Source of the DNA: Balanoglossus misakiensis
Taxonomy: Eukaryota > Animalia > Hemichordata
Reading direction: 5' to 3'
Assembly (NCBI GenBank): GCA_040954595.2
Contig: JBECUI020000024.1
Span: 434,001 to 498,000, forward strand
Length of the DNA stretch: 64,000 bases
In this document: positions 39,646-53,881 of the stretch, piece by piece
How positions within the stretch are numbered: the stretch's first letter is position 1
Layout of the letters: each line of letters begins with the position of its first letter
Made by a program: the position numbers and the translations under genes
Notes under the pieces: generated by a model
Database searches by the model: none
What the model was told of the DNA's origin: nothing
Seen by the model: the letters and a program-made list of their open reading frames with translations, nothing else

Positions 39646-40370
39646 TTGTTTTTTTGTAAAACCATAGTTAAACTCCAAAAATCTTCTTCTCCAGAACGAG
39701 CGATGACTGAGTCGCAAGATTCGGGGAGTATGGTCACTACACTGATGTCTATCAAGTTTGCAAAGAGCATTGTGATTGGTCGAAGATTATGGTGGCCATA
39801 TTGGATTTTGTAAAAAACAGAGAAAAATTGAAATTCCTTTTTCTAGTCCAAAAATTGATAGCATACAAATTCTTTTTATGGATATCAATTGTCATGTGAC
39901 TAAAATATATAACAATTTTTTGGCGATTTTTCACATGACCTTTGACCTAATTATCACGCGTTATTATTTCTGCATATCTAATTCCAGGCTAACCTATAGG
40001 GCTAGAGGTTTGGTTTTTGATGAATGTGGATTAGTGTGTGATCAAAATATTTTGCTACTTTTCATGACCCCTTTGACCTCTGCTGACCTCATTAATTATG
40101 CACATACCTAATTACAGGCGAACCAATAGAGCTAGAGTTTTGGTTTTTGTTGGACATGGACCAGTATGGGTAAAAAAAAATTGCCCAAATGTTGGGTGAC
40201 CTCAGGTGACCTTTGACCTACTTCACCCTATTTCAGCAGCAAAAATACACACATCATTGTTATGTCATGAGATAATACATCCGATAGAAAATTCTGTTTC
40301 TTCTCATTCATACTGTGCATATATAATTCAAGATCAGCGCTTGGGCCCAACAATGCTGCTCGCAGCTAAA
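39645..40370 (+). mobile_element. HINE-like element, 3' part (same family as 57730-59598)
   Basis: Shares the GATTGGTCGAAGATTATGG..GCCATATTGG and TGACCTTTGACCTA blocks, and ends in CTTGGGCCC-AACAAT-GCTGCTCGCAGC (subterminal repeat plus hairpin). Confidence 0.7.
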
Positions 40371-40667
40371 CAATTTTCTTCCTAGTGTTGTATGCGCCAC
40401 TTGTGAATTTTTGCGAGTGAGATTCACGGGCGTTTGAGCACAATTTATACAAAATATGTTTATCGCCATTAGAAAAACGTTCGCGTAGAATCAATGACGT
40501 CATGGTAAATTTTAGCTGCATGCTCCAATAGGGATGATAGGGAGACTACTTGTTGTAGAGCACCTGAAAATATACGTATTTCGTCACTTCCTTTATGCGA
40601 AATTTAATTCTTAACGGCATCTTAGTTTTAAGATTTGTGATTCCTTTTTTCTTCAGTTGTACATTTG

Positions 40668-40960
40668 CATCACAGGATACTTCTTTGTAGACTATCGAAC
40701 CTTGGCATCTCAGACACAGTACTAACATGGTTTACATCTTACCTTCAATATAGATATCAAACTGTAATCATCGAAAACACTGCAAGTTCACAGTCACCTC
40801 TCGTATATGGGGTGCCACTGCCCCTCTGTTGTTCACCATTTATATAGCCCCACTTTATAGTAAACCGATTCGTCCCCACATCCTACAATTTCATCAGTAC
40901 GCGGATGATAACCAGCGATACCTCGCCTTTTCCCATCAAGATTCAACCTCTGACGTTCCT
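40668..40960 (+). pseudogene. LINE (L2/CR1-like) reverse transcriptase fragment
   Basis: HRILLCRLSNLGISDTVLTWFTSYL..YGVP, then (frameshifted, QGSVLG deleted) PLLFTIYIAPL and FHQYADDNQRYLAF. Confidence 0.85.
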
Positions 40961-41000
40961 GTCTTCTAAGGATTGTTGAACTTTAATTCATGCAGTTTGT

Positions 41001-41770
41001 TGTTACGGCCGGTCGTCCTCCGGACGTTTACCTCATCGGCTTCTGTGGGGAATCAGCCACGTCCGAAAGCTGACGGCGTACATTCTCTCCATCTCCTTCT
41101 CCACCCAACATATTCATAAAGTCCGAGAGAGGTACCCGGCAGATCGTAAACCTTTCGTAGACAGAGACTTGCAAGAAGTTTTCCGAGTAACACAAAGTTC
41201 TGGTTTATTACTGGTCACACGTAAGAATTACACGACTCGATCCATGCTCGTTGACTCCCATCACGGATCTCCGGTGATAAATGTGTGATCTCAAATTTCA
41301 CCACACCTTATTAATACGTTAGTCAAGTATTAAGTCATAAAAGGAACACGTCATCTTGATATTTCTTAAACATGAACTTAGCGCGTGATATCTCTATCTC
41401 GTTCTGACATGTATCAATTACACAATCTTGTTTACTCTGGGTCAAGTACCAATGTCAATACTGGACTAAAACCATATAAGTGAATGACTTCTTACGTAAT
41501 CATAAACAAGATCTATGATCGTTAAAACTCAATCGTGACACTTGTATTACCGCTGGTTTCTCATGATTGTTCATGCATCGGGGAATCTGTAGCGATGAGG
41601 TAATGGGCTCTGACGAGAACCGTGATCCACGGAGAAACGTATCTGATTTACGTTCATTTATTGTCCGGAATTATTATAGTACATCAAATACGCCCAGTAA
41701 AGTACATGAGGAAGGGAACGAGCTCAGTAGCCTGAGGTACTCCCATCTCCCGTTAGATTATTCTCCCCTA
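41001..41770 (-). mobile_element. Possible isolated LTR with adjacent PPT
   Basis: The minus strand reads TAGGGGAGAA purine tract, then TCTAACGG...CCGTAACA termini with an internal AATAAA. There is no partner LTR in the window. Confidence 0.3.
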
Positions 41771-41845
41771 ACTTTGGAAACAAAGTTCTCTTATAATTAC
41801 TTTTCTCAAGGCGTGGTTAACCATGTAAAATATCACAAATACATG

Positions 41846-44800
41846 TAGTGGCCAGTGTCGTGCCCATTAATTTTGAGTGTTTGGTGGGGTCAACCTTTGC
41901 GTCAACATTGATTAACCAGGCCATGCAGAGCTAGTGGCCAGTGTCGTGCCCATTAATTTTGAGTGTTTGGTGGGGTCAACCTTTGCGTCAACATTGATTA
42001 ACCAGGCCATGCAGAGCTAGTGGCCAGTGTCGTGCCCATTAATTTTGAGTGTTTGGTGGGGTCAACCTTTGCGTCAACATTGATTAACCAGGCCATGCAG
42101 AGCTAGTGGCCAGTGTCGTGCCCATTAATTTTGAGTGTTTGGTGGGGTCAACCTTTGCGTCAACATTGATTAACCATGCCATGCAGAGCTAGTAGCCAGT
42201 GTCGTGCCCATTAATTTTGAGTGTTTGGTGGGGTCAACCTTTGCGTCAACATTGATTAACCAGGCCATGCAGAGCTAGTGGCCAGTGTCGTGCCCATTAA
42301 TTTTGAGTGTTTGGTGGGGTCAACCTTTGCGTCAACATTGATTAACCAGGCCATGCAGAGCTAGTGGCCAGTGTCGTGCCCATTAATTTTGAGTGTTTGG
42401 TGGGGTCAACCCTTGCGTCAACCTTGATTAGCCAGGCCAGAGCTTAGTGGCCAGTGTCGCGCCCATTAATTTTGAGTGTTTGGTGGGGTCAACCCTTGCG
42501 TCAACCTGGATTAGCCAGGCCAGAGCTAGTGGCCAGTGTCGTGCCCATCAATTTTGAGTGTTTGGTGGGGTCAACCCTTGCGTCAACATTGATTAGCTAG
42601 GCCAGAGCTAGTGGCCAGTGTCGTGCCCATCAATTTTGAGTGTTTGGTGGGGTCAACCCTTGCGTCAACCTTGATTAGCCAGGCCAGAGCTAGTGGCCAG
42701 TGTCGTGCCCATCAATTATGAGTGTTTGGTGGGGTCAACCCTTGCGTCAACCTTGATTAGCCAGGCCAGAGCTTAGTGGCCAGTGTCGTGCCCATCAATT
42801 TTGAGTGTTTGGTGGGGTCAACCCTTGCGTCAACATTGATTAGCCAGGCCAGAGCTAGTGGCCAGTGTCGTGCCCATCAATTATGAGTGTTTGGTGGGGT
42901 CAACCCTTGCGTCAACATTGATTAGCCAGGCCAGAGCTTAGTGGCCAGTGTTGCGCCCATTAATTTTGAGTGTTTGGTGGGGTCAACCCTTGCGTCAACC
43001 TTGATTAGCCAGGCCAGAGCTAGTGGCCAGTGTCGTGCCCATCAATTTTGAGTGTTTGGTGGGGTCAACCTTTGCGTCAACCTTGATTAGCCAGGCCAGA
43101 GCTAGTGGCCAGTGTCGTGCCCATCAATTTTGAGTGTTTGGTGGGGTCAACCCTTGCATCAACATTGATTAGCCAGGCCAGAGCGAGTGGCCAGTGTCGC
43201 GCCCATTAATTTTGAGTGTTTGGTGGGGTCAACCTTTGCGTCAACCTTGATTAGCCAGGCCATGCAGAGCTAGGGGCCAGTGGCGTGCCCATCAATTTTG
43301 AGTGTTTGGTGGGGTCAACCTTTACGTCAACCTTGATTAGCCAGGCCATGCAGAGCTAGTGGCCAGTGTCGTGCCCATCAATTTTGAGTGTTTGGTGGGG
43401 TCAACCTTTGCGTCAACCTTGATTAGCCAGGCCATGCAGAGCTAGTGGCCAGTGTCGTGCCCATCAATTTTGAGTGTTTGGTGGGGTCAACCTTTGCGTC
43501 AACCTTGATTAGCCAGGCCATGCAGAGCTAGTGGCCAGTGTCGTGCCCATCAATTTTGAGTGTTTGGTGGGGTCAACCTTTGCGTCAACCTTGATTAACC
43601 AGGCCATGCAGAGCTAGTGACCAGTGTCGTGCCCATCAATTTTGAGTGTTTGGAGGGGTCAACCTTTGCGTCAACCTTGATTAACCAGGCCATGCAGAGC
43701 TAGTGGCCAGTGTCGTGCCCATCAATTTTGAGTGTTTGGTGGGGTCAACCTTTGCGTCAACATTGATTAACCAGGCCATGCAGAGCTAGTGGCCAGTGTC
43801 GTGCCCATCAATTTTGAGTGTTTGGTTGGGTCAACCTTTGCGTCAACATTGATTAACCAGGCCATGCAGAGCTACATTGTAGTGGCCAGTGTCGTGCCCA
43901 TCAATTTTGAGTGTTTGGTGGGGTCAACCTTTGCGTCAACATTGATTAACCAGGCCATGCAGAGCTAGTGGCCAGTGTCGTGCCCATCAATTTTGAGTGT
44001 TTGGTGGGGTCAACCTTTGCGTCAACATTGATTAACCAGGCCAGAGCTAGTGGCCAGTGTCGTGCCCATCAATTATGAGTGTTTGGTGGGGTCAACCCTT
44101 GCGTCAACCTTGATTAGCCAGGCCAGAGCTTAGTGGCCAGTGTCGTGCCCATCAATTTTGAGTGTTTGGTGGGGTCAACCCTTGCGTCAACATTGATTAG
44201 CCAGGCCAGAGCTAGTGGCCAGTGTCGTGCCCATCAATTATGAGTGTTTGGTGGGGTCAACCCTTGCGTCAACATTGATTAGCCAGGCCAGAGCTTAGTG
44301 GCCAGTGTTGCGCCCATTAATTTTGAGTGTTTGGTGGGGTCAACCCTTGCGTCAACCTTGATTAGCCAGGCCAGAGCTAGTGGCCAGTGTCGTGCCCATC
44401 AATTTTGAGTGTTTGGTGGGGTCAACCTTTGCGTCAACCTTGATTAGCCAGGCCAGAGCTAGTGGCCAGTGTCGTGCCCATCAATTTTGAGTGTTTGGTG
44501 GGGTCAACCCTTGCATCAACATTGATTAGCCAGGCCAGAGCGAGTGGCCAGTGTCGCGCCCATTAATTTTGAGTGTTTGGTGGGGTCAACCTTTGCGTCA
44601 ACCTTGATTAGCCAGGCCATGCAGAGCTAGGGGCCAGTGGCGTGCCCATCAATTTTGAGTGTTTGGTGGGGTCAACCTTTACGTCAACCTTGATTAGCCA
44701 GGCCATGCAGAGCTAGTGGCCAGTGTCGTGCCCATCAATTTTGAGTGTTTGGTGGGGTCAACCTTTGCGTCAACCTTGATTAGCCAGGCCATGCAGAGCT

Positions 44801-45924
44801 AGTGGCCAGTGTCGTGCCCATCAATTTTGAGTGTTTGGTGGGGTCAACCTTTGCGTCAACCTTGATTAGCCAGGCCATGCAGAGCTAGTGGCCAGTGTCG
44901 TGCCCATCAATTTTGAGTGTTTGGTGGGGTCAACCTTTGCGTCAACCTTGATTAACCAGGCCATGCAGAGCTAGTGACCAGTGTCGTGCCCATCAATTTT
45001 GAGTGTTTGGAGGGGTCAACCTTTGCGTCAACCTTGATTAACCAGGCCATGCAGAGCTAGTGGCCAGTGTCGTGCCCATCAATTTTGAGTGTTTGGTGGG
45101 GTCAACCTTTGCGTCAACATTGATTAACCAGGCCATGCAGAGCTAGTGGCCAGTGTCGTGCCCATCAATTTTGAGTGTTTGGTTGGGTCAACCTTTGCGT
45201 CAACATTGATTAACCAGGCCATGCAGAACTACATTGTAGTGGCCAGTGTCGTGCCCATCAATTTTGAGTGTTTGGTGGGGTCAACCTTTGCGTCAACATT
45301 GATTAACCAGGCCATGCAGAGCTAGTGGCCAGTGTCGTGCCCATCAATTTTGAGTGTTTGGTGGGGTCAACCTTTGCGTCAACATTGATTAACCAGGCCA
45401 TGCAGAGCTAGTGGCCAGTGTCGTGCCCATCAATTTTGAGTGTTTGGTGGGGTCAACTTTTGCGTCAACATTGATTAACCAGGCCATGCAGAGCTAGTGG
45501 CCAGTGTCGTGCCCATCAATTTTGAGTGTTTGGTGGGGTCAACCTTTGCGTCAACATTGATTAACCAGGCCATGCAGAGCTAGTGGCCAGTGTCGTGCCC
45601 ATCAATTTTGAGTGTTTGGTGGGGTCAACCTTTGCGTCAACATTGATTAACCAGGCCATGCAGAGCTAGTGGCCAGTGTCGTGCCCATCAATTTTGAGTG
45701 TTTGGTGGGGTCAACCTTTGCGTCAACATTGATTAACCAGGCCATGCAGAGCTAGTGGCCAGTGTCGTGCCCATTAATTTTGAGTGTTTGGTGGGGTCAA
45801 CCTTTGCGTCAACATTGATTAACCAGGCCATGCAGAGCTAGTGGCCAGTGTCGTGCCCATTAATTTTGAGTGTTTGGTAGGGTCAACCTTTGCGTCAACA
45901 TTGATTAACCAGGCCATGCAGAGC
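41846..45924 (+). repeat. 86-bp (82/83-bp variants) satellite array, about 48 monomers, with a 1357-bp higher-order duplication
   Basis: Monomer TAGTGGCCAGTGTCGTGCCCATYAATTTTGAGTGTTTGGTGGGGTCAACCYTTGCGTCAACMTTGATTARCCAGGCC(ATGC)AGAGC. Rare variants recur 1357 bp apart. No unique spacers. Confidence 0.97.
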
Positions 45925-46534
45925 TACATGTATGTTGCCTGTAAGGCACACATCTCCAATTGGTACATTGGGCCTATCATACTGTACATGTACAACTAGG
46001 AAAATGTACTTCATCATATTTCCATAGTCAGCAGCTTCAAGAACATGTTGCCTTCTCTATATGAATTTTTAGACTAAAAAGAAGTATAAGAAGAATAAAG
46101 TTGTCCAATTATTGTTGGCAGGGGGTGGGGATGTGTGCTCCCATACAAATGTATATGGGTATGTACTCTTTAAGAAAAACGTTCATATGCAAGAGAAAAA
46201 TGGTAAATGACAAAGAAAATTTGACTGGTATTACAATAGGACGGGTTTTTGGCATTTACACATATTGATGTTATCAACCGGGAAGCACACTATGTGCTGA
46301 AAATAATTGGAGAGCTCTCGCCCGGGGTGTCGGCCAGTGGCCACATACATTTCCAGTCCTAAACCTTGCATCAGTTCTGTGGTGCGGATTAAAAAATAAG
46401 ATTGGCGCTACAATATGCCCACTTAGTTTGAAATGGATTCTGCATATATACATGTAAACACATTGAAAATGAGATATTACACATATAATCATGGGACAAG
46501 AAGGGCAAAAATTAAATTATCCAGCAGGTGTTCG

Positions 46535-47200
46535 AATTATGCAAATTAGAACAGTTGTGTAATATTGCCATGTCAACCACGTTGAAATTGTATTAGGTAC
46601 CCATATTAATTAAAACCGTGAAAATGCGATATTACACACCATATAAGACAAACCAGGGAAATTTACATGTTAGAGAAGTTTGTCGGACATTTTGGATTAT
46701 GCAAATTAGAACAGTTGTCTAATATTGCCATGTCAACCACGCTGAAATTGTTTTAGTTACCCATATTGATGAAAACCCTGCAAATGCGATTTTAGGCACC
46801 ATATAAGACAAAACAGGGAAATTTACATTTAAGAAGAGTTTGGTGGCCATTTTGGATTATGCAAATTAGAACAGTTGTCTAATATTGCCATGTCAACCAC
46901 GCTGAAATTGTTTTAGTTACCCATATTGATGAAAACCCTGCAAATGCGATATTACACACTATTAAAGACAACCATAGTAAATTTACATGTTAGAGAAGTT
47001 TGTCGGCCATTCTAGATTATGCAAATTAGAACAGCTGTCTAACATTGCAATGTCAACCACGTTGAAATTGTTTTAGGTACCCATATTGATGAAAACCCTT
47101 CAAATGCGATACTACACACTATTTAAGACGACCATAGGAAATTTACATGTTAGAGGAGTTTGGCGGCCATTTTGGACTATGCAAATGAGAAGAGTTGAAC
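46535..47200. repeat. 160-bp tandem repeat inside the Academ-like TIR (mirror copy 45933-47460)
   Basis: GCAAATTAGA at 46541, 46701, 46861 and 47021, with a variant at 47181. Terminus AACTCGACTA at 47460. Confidence 0.9.
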
Positions 47201-50200
47201 AAAAAATGCCATATTTGCAATGCTGTTGTCTTGTTTTGGGTGCCTATGTTAAGGCTTGAAAATGAAAGCTTATTCACCATTTTGGCACAAACAGTGGCGA
47301 GAAGGTGTTCCAATGTAACTTAGAAGAGTTGCCATATTTGCAATACAGTTATATTGTTTAAGGTATGAATGCAAATCCTGAATATTAGATTTATAACAAT
47401 TTCATTGGAAAGAACATTTGTAGGTTCATCATTGACCCCATAGGACTGTCAACTCGACTACAGACAGTCTCGATGAACACAAGACATGATCCCAATTTGC
47501 AAGCTGAGTTGAAACTGACTGCTGCAGTAACTTTAGCTCTGGGAATGTCTTGTGTGATTTAAAGCAATTGATGACCAAATTTAACACAGTTTCTCTGAGG
47601 TAACCACTTAGCTTTCGTGACTGGTTGTTTAAGAATCCAAAAAACATGAATTCTACCCAATGAATTCAACCCTTAGAATTTCACAACTGTAACAGAGTTT
47701 GCAGTCATGCACAAAAGTGTGTATCATACACATAAGACATTTCTCACATGTATTTTTATGATGGCAATGCATTTGACTGTAAACAAACATTGACATCAAT
47801 CAGTAGCGCTATTTTGTCAGTGAAATGGCTTCATCATCATCCCTCCAACCAAAGTTGAAACTGAGTTGCAAATATTGCACAGCTTGAAATCATAAAATGT
47901 TGCAAAATTGAACCAACAGTTCGGTCAATGATCAAGTTCTTACAGCTATTATTAGAACCAGACAATCTCAGCGAACAAGAGACATGGGCCTTATTTGCAA
48001 GTCGAGTTAGAACTGCCTTTGCCTGCCCACGGACGCCCCAGTTTCAGCAAAAATTATTGCATTAAAATGTGAGTATGGAGAACTATGCTCTGTGTTCCTT
48101 TTGTTAGCTTACATAGCTGTTGTCATTCTAGTTTTTCCTCTGTCCTGTGAACAGAGTTTCAGTTGCGAAAACCGACAGTTCTTAAAGTACAAAAGTACAC
48201 CTAAATTGCCTCGGTGATGAGCATGCAGAATTTATCTGATGCTTTTTACTGGCAGAAGGACCCCACCAGTTGCAGATTGTCAATTCCATGGCACAAGGGA
48301 ATTTACGCTTTGCGTTCAAATATAAATAATTAACACCTGTTTAATTTTTCTATATGTTCTTTAGTGATGATTCAAAAGTATTATGACTGCTAGTGTGATT
48401 AATATTCTATTTTCAAAATGTGTTTTTCTTAATGATTATGAATACATCAAAATTTATGCTTTAAAATTAAATCATTTTACCTGAAATATTGCAAATATTT
48501 GGAGGGTTGCATTTAATTTGAAGTTCTCGATCAAAGTTTTAGGCATAAAAAAGGTGCTACACCCCCGAAATTGGTAGCTATGAATTCAATTCAAAGAGTG
48601 TTGTAATGTCTGTTTTGCAACAGGGTGCCAGTTCAACAAAGCGCATGAGGATAGTAAATCACCTTTGTGAATTTTGTGCACCACAGTAAGAATTCCCTAG
48701 AAACTGCAAACTAAATTGCAAAGCAATCAGACAAAAATGGCAGTAATTGCCAAAAAAAAAAAAAAAAAATATTGTCACTTCCATCACTGGGTTTGTTAAA
48801 TTGTCATAAAATCACACCTAAAAACATGCAAACCAAATTTTAAAAAAAATGTGGGTAGAGGTTTCTGAGTATATGACGACCAAAATCACCCCAAAATATA
48901 CTTCAAAAATGAAAAATAAAATCTGTATAAAGTCTCAATAACATAAATACACACCAATTTCTAAAGCAATCTGACCAGTACCTTCTTGAGTTTCTGAGTT
49001 TAGAACAATTTCACATTGGTCCCAATGGTATATTGACATATACAAAATTGGACCTAAAGAGTAAAACACATTTCAAAGATTTTACAATTAAAGCCTCACA
49101 AGCTGCCAAATTTTACACATCTTTTTCCACAATAACATTTTTCAAATCATCCACCTATCCTTTAAAATCAGCACCATTGAGACATATTACTTGAATTTGC
49201 ATGGGGTTTGTCATCTCTCTGCGATGTGTACCCTCCATATGGAGGCTGATTAAAACAGGTGTGGCGCTTGTTTAATATCTGACTTCTTTAAATTGCAACA
49301 TACAGGCACATTCATTAGTCAATAAAATGTTCATGTATACCTATCAGTCAGTTTGTTTAGATGAACAAATCTAAGATGGAAAGTAATATCATGAAAATAC
49401 TGAAAGATTGGAAACTCTGAGTTTGAGTCTAAGGATAACAAGGGAACCTCTCTACTATTTGACGCACCAAAGCTATGAAAAACTTCCTTCTTTCCCTCAA
49501 ATATTTTTTATGAATATGTTCTACTCCGTGATTAAAATTTCCCTTTTACCAAATGTACATATGTAAGAGACGTGATTTTTTCAGCAAAATTTCAATTGGC
49601 CTAGGGTGACTTTTTACCTACTTACCCATATTGGGTAGCATGAAACACAGAATGGCATACCAGTGGGTTAGAGATACAGCGTTTTATATTAACATGAATT
49701 AACATGAAACTAAAAATTTGATGGTTTACTTAGGACTGCCTTGATCCATGGTAACCTCATTAAATATGTACATATCTAATTCTAGGCTATCCAGTTGCGG
49801 TAGAAACCTGGACATGGACAACTTTGGGGTCAAAATCTTTTGACAAAATGTTGGGTGATCTTGGGTAAACTTTGACCTACATTCCTATATCTTGGCATCC
49901 GGCACAGATACATCCCTGACACTTGGAGTGATGGAACTGCATAATGGAGTATTATGTCTCAGCTAGTCACAGTGCTTTTGCTGTGTTTTATGTCTTTTAT
50001 TCAGCCAAATTAGATGTCTTTCATTACACATTGGCTGTGTTTGCCAGTACTTTTTAGCTGGTCACACTGCCTTAACACAATGTATTCTCAAAATAGTCTG
50101 CAATCTTTATGAAGCATATACAGCAGACAAAGTTGTGGTAAGACTAAACTTGCCCTTCTTTGTGATTAAAGCATGACCGGCCTGTCTTAGGTGGCCCCTA

Positions 50201-51397
50201 CCTAGGGGCTTTACCCGTCATTGGCTCACAGTCTGAGAAATCAGCTCTGCAGGGAAGTTAACGATGTAACCCACCATTAAAGCTTGGATTTCCGCTTTTT
50301 GTATTTGATGCCTGGCTGAGGCCTTCTTAGGATCTACCCAACACTGAGTAGGCTATCCCGTCATTGGCACACAGTCTCAGGGAGGGAGTCAAAAGTTCAG
50401 TATACCATCAAAGCCTTTATATTGTCCATTCTTTTTAAGAGAAGGCTGGCTGCTGTAGAAAAATGTTGATCTCAAATTTATCATGTCCAAAAAGCCAGAC
50501 TTCCAGCCCTATTGGTTAGGCTGGCATTAGGTAAGTACATAATTAATGAGGCAAGACATAATACTCAATCAAATAGTTCCATCACTCCAAGTGTCAAGGT
50601 TGTATCTGCTCCGGATGCTAAAATATAGGAATGTAGGTCAAAGTTTACCCAAGATCACACAAATGTTTGTCAAAAGATTTTGACCCCGAAGTTGTCCATG
50701 TCCAGGTTTCTACTTCAGCTGAATAGCCTAGAATTAGATATGCACATATTTAACGAGGTTACCATTGCTCAGGGGGGTCTTAAATTAACCATCAAATTTT
50801 AGTTTCATATTAATGCATATTAATATAAAACACTGTATCTCTAACCCTACAGGTAAGCCTAGAATTAGGTACATGTACATGCGTAAGTTTTTGACAAGAC
50901 AGTTAAGCTGTAATATATGTACATGAACCTTGACAATTGACTTAAAATAACATAAAGGCAGAACTGATACTGATTGGAGATAGATATTACTAATGACAGT
51001 GATGTTAATTACACCAGGAATGTTTGTCTTAGTATACGGTAGCTAACCGACTGCTTGAGGTTAAGTAATGAAAGTGCCCACTTGCGATTCACCTTCAAAT
51101 AGCTACTTAGTCTTTGGTACATGTACATTGTTTTTCCAATGATTAGACAAATGATATACATACGTGTAATTAAGGTTGGGTAGCATTTTCAATGTAATAA
51201 GCCCTGCCTTCACTATAATCTTACACCAAATCAACACTGTTCAGTAATGTGATAGGCTTCAAAGCGACGCTAGTTACATCATAATTCCCAGCAAGGGGTA
51301 TTAGTTTATTGGGCAAGTGGCATGAGTGAGGCCAGACATTAGTTTTGGAAGCAAAGCGGACAGAACACTGCCGGGCATAGACTAGGTAGTTCTGAAT

Positions 51398-52786
51398 AGT
51401 CATGTTTCATAAGTCAGGTCCATGACATATGTACCGACATTTGTGATTGGTCCATCTGGTAATCTTAGGTCCACTTGAGGCACGGTGATTGGAGGGACCT
51501 TATGTGTTAGGCCTTATTATTATGTATTATTCACTAGACCTTGTAGGTTAGGTCTTATTACTATGTATTATTCACTTTACAGCTCCCTGATTGGTTAATG
51601 TGTAGGTCTCCAATTTTCACTGCCTCGTTATGCAAAGTCTTTTGTACTTTCTGAATACAGTTGTCGTATTCTGTCTGGCATGCTGCCTGCGCGTTGTCGA
51701 AGCTCGATCCCAGTGTATAAAGAAAGGCACTCATATAATGATTGGATTTAACCTTTCCTTCACTATTCATGGCATTTTTTTGTGATACTGTGAACTAGAT
51801 ACTCGAAATAAAAATTGCCAGGATAATTTTTTTATTTTATTTCCAGTGGCGGTTTGTTGAAATGGGCTAGTGTTTTGTTACGTAATGCTTTTCAGCGCAT
51901 CACTTTGTGTAACACCTGGCTGAATACGAAGTGTGTGCTATTCATTCGAGCAAACCAAAAATATCTTACAATAGAACTGTTTAGAATAGCATTGCATTTC
52001 TTTAATTGGGATACCTCATTAGTTGCTTTACAGGTATGATTACTTTTATTGTACTTCTTTCACGAAGCTGCACCGTCATAGTTCCATTTTTATGAAAACA
52101 ATATACGAATGTATAAACGGACAACGTACTCCTTTTCACAACATCTACGTCAAAACAAATTTACTTTAAAATAGTAAAACAACAATAATAATATTGATGA
52201 TGAGAAGTAGGAGGGTGATTTAAGAAAATATACAACTGTTAGCAAAAATGCTTAGATGTGTTAATCAGATTTTCAAAGTCCATCTAAAAATCATTTAATC
52301 TTTCCAGGGTGCGGTTTATGTTGGAGATAGTATCAGTCAGGCTATTTCTCAGAAAATTAATGAATGATCTGCGGACATCCCGAATAATGTGTTACCACAA
52401 CGCTAGCCAGGAAGCACATGGGACATTTCACAATGAGGCAGTGAACACTGGGAGACCAGACTGACACGTTAACCAATCAGGGAGCTGTATGGTGAATAAA
52501 TACATATTAATATGACCTAACCTACAAGGTCCTGTATTATGAGGCAGTGAACACATGGGGGACCAGACTGACACGTTAACCAATCAGGGAGCTGTAAAGC
52601 GAAAAATGCATAGTAATAAGACCTAACCTACAAGGTCTAGTGAATAATACATAATAATAAGACCTAACCTACAAGGTCCCTCCAATCAGCGTGCCGCAAG
52701 TGGACCTAAGAGAAGCGGATAAACCAATCAAAACATGCAATACATGTGTATAGGACGTGTAATGTAGGTCATTTTGAAACAGGACT
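51398..52786. mobile_element. Long-TIR non-autonomous DNA transposon, 3-bp AAT TSD
   Basis: Ends are AGTCATGTTTCA / TGAAACAGGACT, and 51465-51602 is inverted at 52572-52710. AAT is duplicated relative to the empty site at about 5850. Confidence 0.82.
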
Positions 52787-53881
52787 AATGTGACCATGGA
52801 CGTTACCACATTAGACTCTGTATTGTAAGTTTCTGAAGAATCGCAAAAAATCATCAACAGTCTACATGTACTTCAACCTTGTGAGAAGTACTGTATAACA
52901 CACAGGATATACTAGTCACTGTTGGTCAGGTTATTACACACTGTGGTCCCATCTGGGGATTACACAAAATTAGGTATGTCTGTGTTCATGGGAAAAATCA
53001 TGTGACATTGGCAAGCAGATATGACCTTCTGTAAGAACATTTCAAAGGAACCAGACAAGTATTTTAGGGAAAACAACATTCAACAATGACAAAAACTGCC
53101 TCAAACCACATCTATCCAACTATCAACAAATTGTATAATATCTACTTCAATCACCACGCCTACCAAAGTTGAAAGCAATCTGACTAGTAGTTTCAAAGAA
53201 TACAAATTGCAAAAATTGCCCCAAGACCACAATATGTAAATTTCACCAAAATGATATACAACATTACTTGGGTTACCTCTTGGAACAAGCATACCAAAAT
53301 TTAAAAGCAATCTAAGGAGTTTCTCAGAAAATGAATTTTGACCAAAAATGACAGATTACAAATTCTGCGACAATTTAAACAAAACCAACTAAGATCACCT
53401 ACCGGAAGTGTCATACTAAATTCTAAAGAAATCAGCCAATCTCTTTAAGAGGAAAAGATTTTTTTTCAAATGGTAAAACAAGACAAAATAATTGCATGAA
53501 AAATAGACAATTCACGATATAAACTCAAAGTATATCAGGTATGATGACATTACCTACATGCATACAAATGTTCAAAGCAGTCTAACCAGTTGTTGAGTTT
53601 TGATCAATTCCACATATTTCACAGGTTATTTGCGTATTTTTGCAATGACAACTTCATTTAAGCAAAATCCCATCTACACACCAAAATAAAAAAAGCGTGG
53701 TTTCATGTTTTGGATCAGGGCAGAAATACATCCATATATACATGTAACATGCATACACACATGTACACACACACACAAACACATGCATACATGGCTGCAT
53801 ACATACATACATACATACATACATACATACATAGGGAAACGGTCTGGTAATCAATGTTATGACACTAGCATTAGGCCTTAA

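Noticed and set aside
41846-45924. CRISPR-like or guide-RNA array
   Set aside because: Monomers are contiguous and near-identical with no unique spacers, no nuclease gene is nearby, and the context is eukaryotic. This is a satellite.
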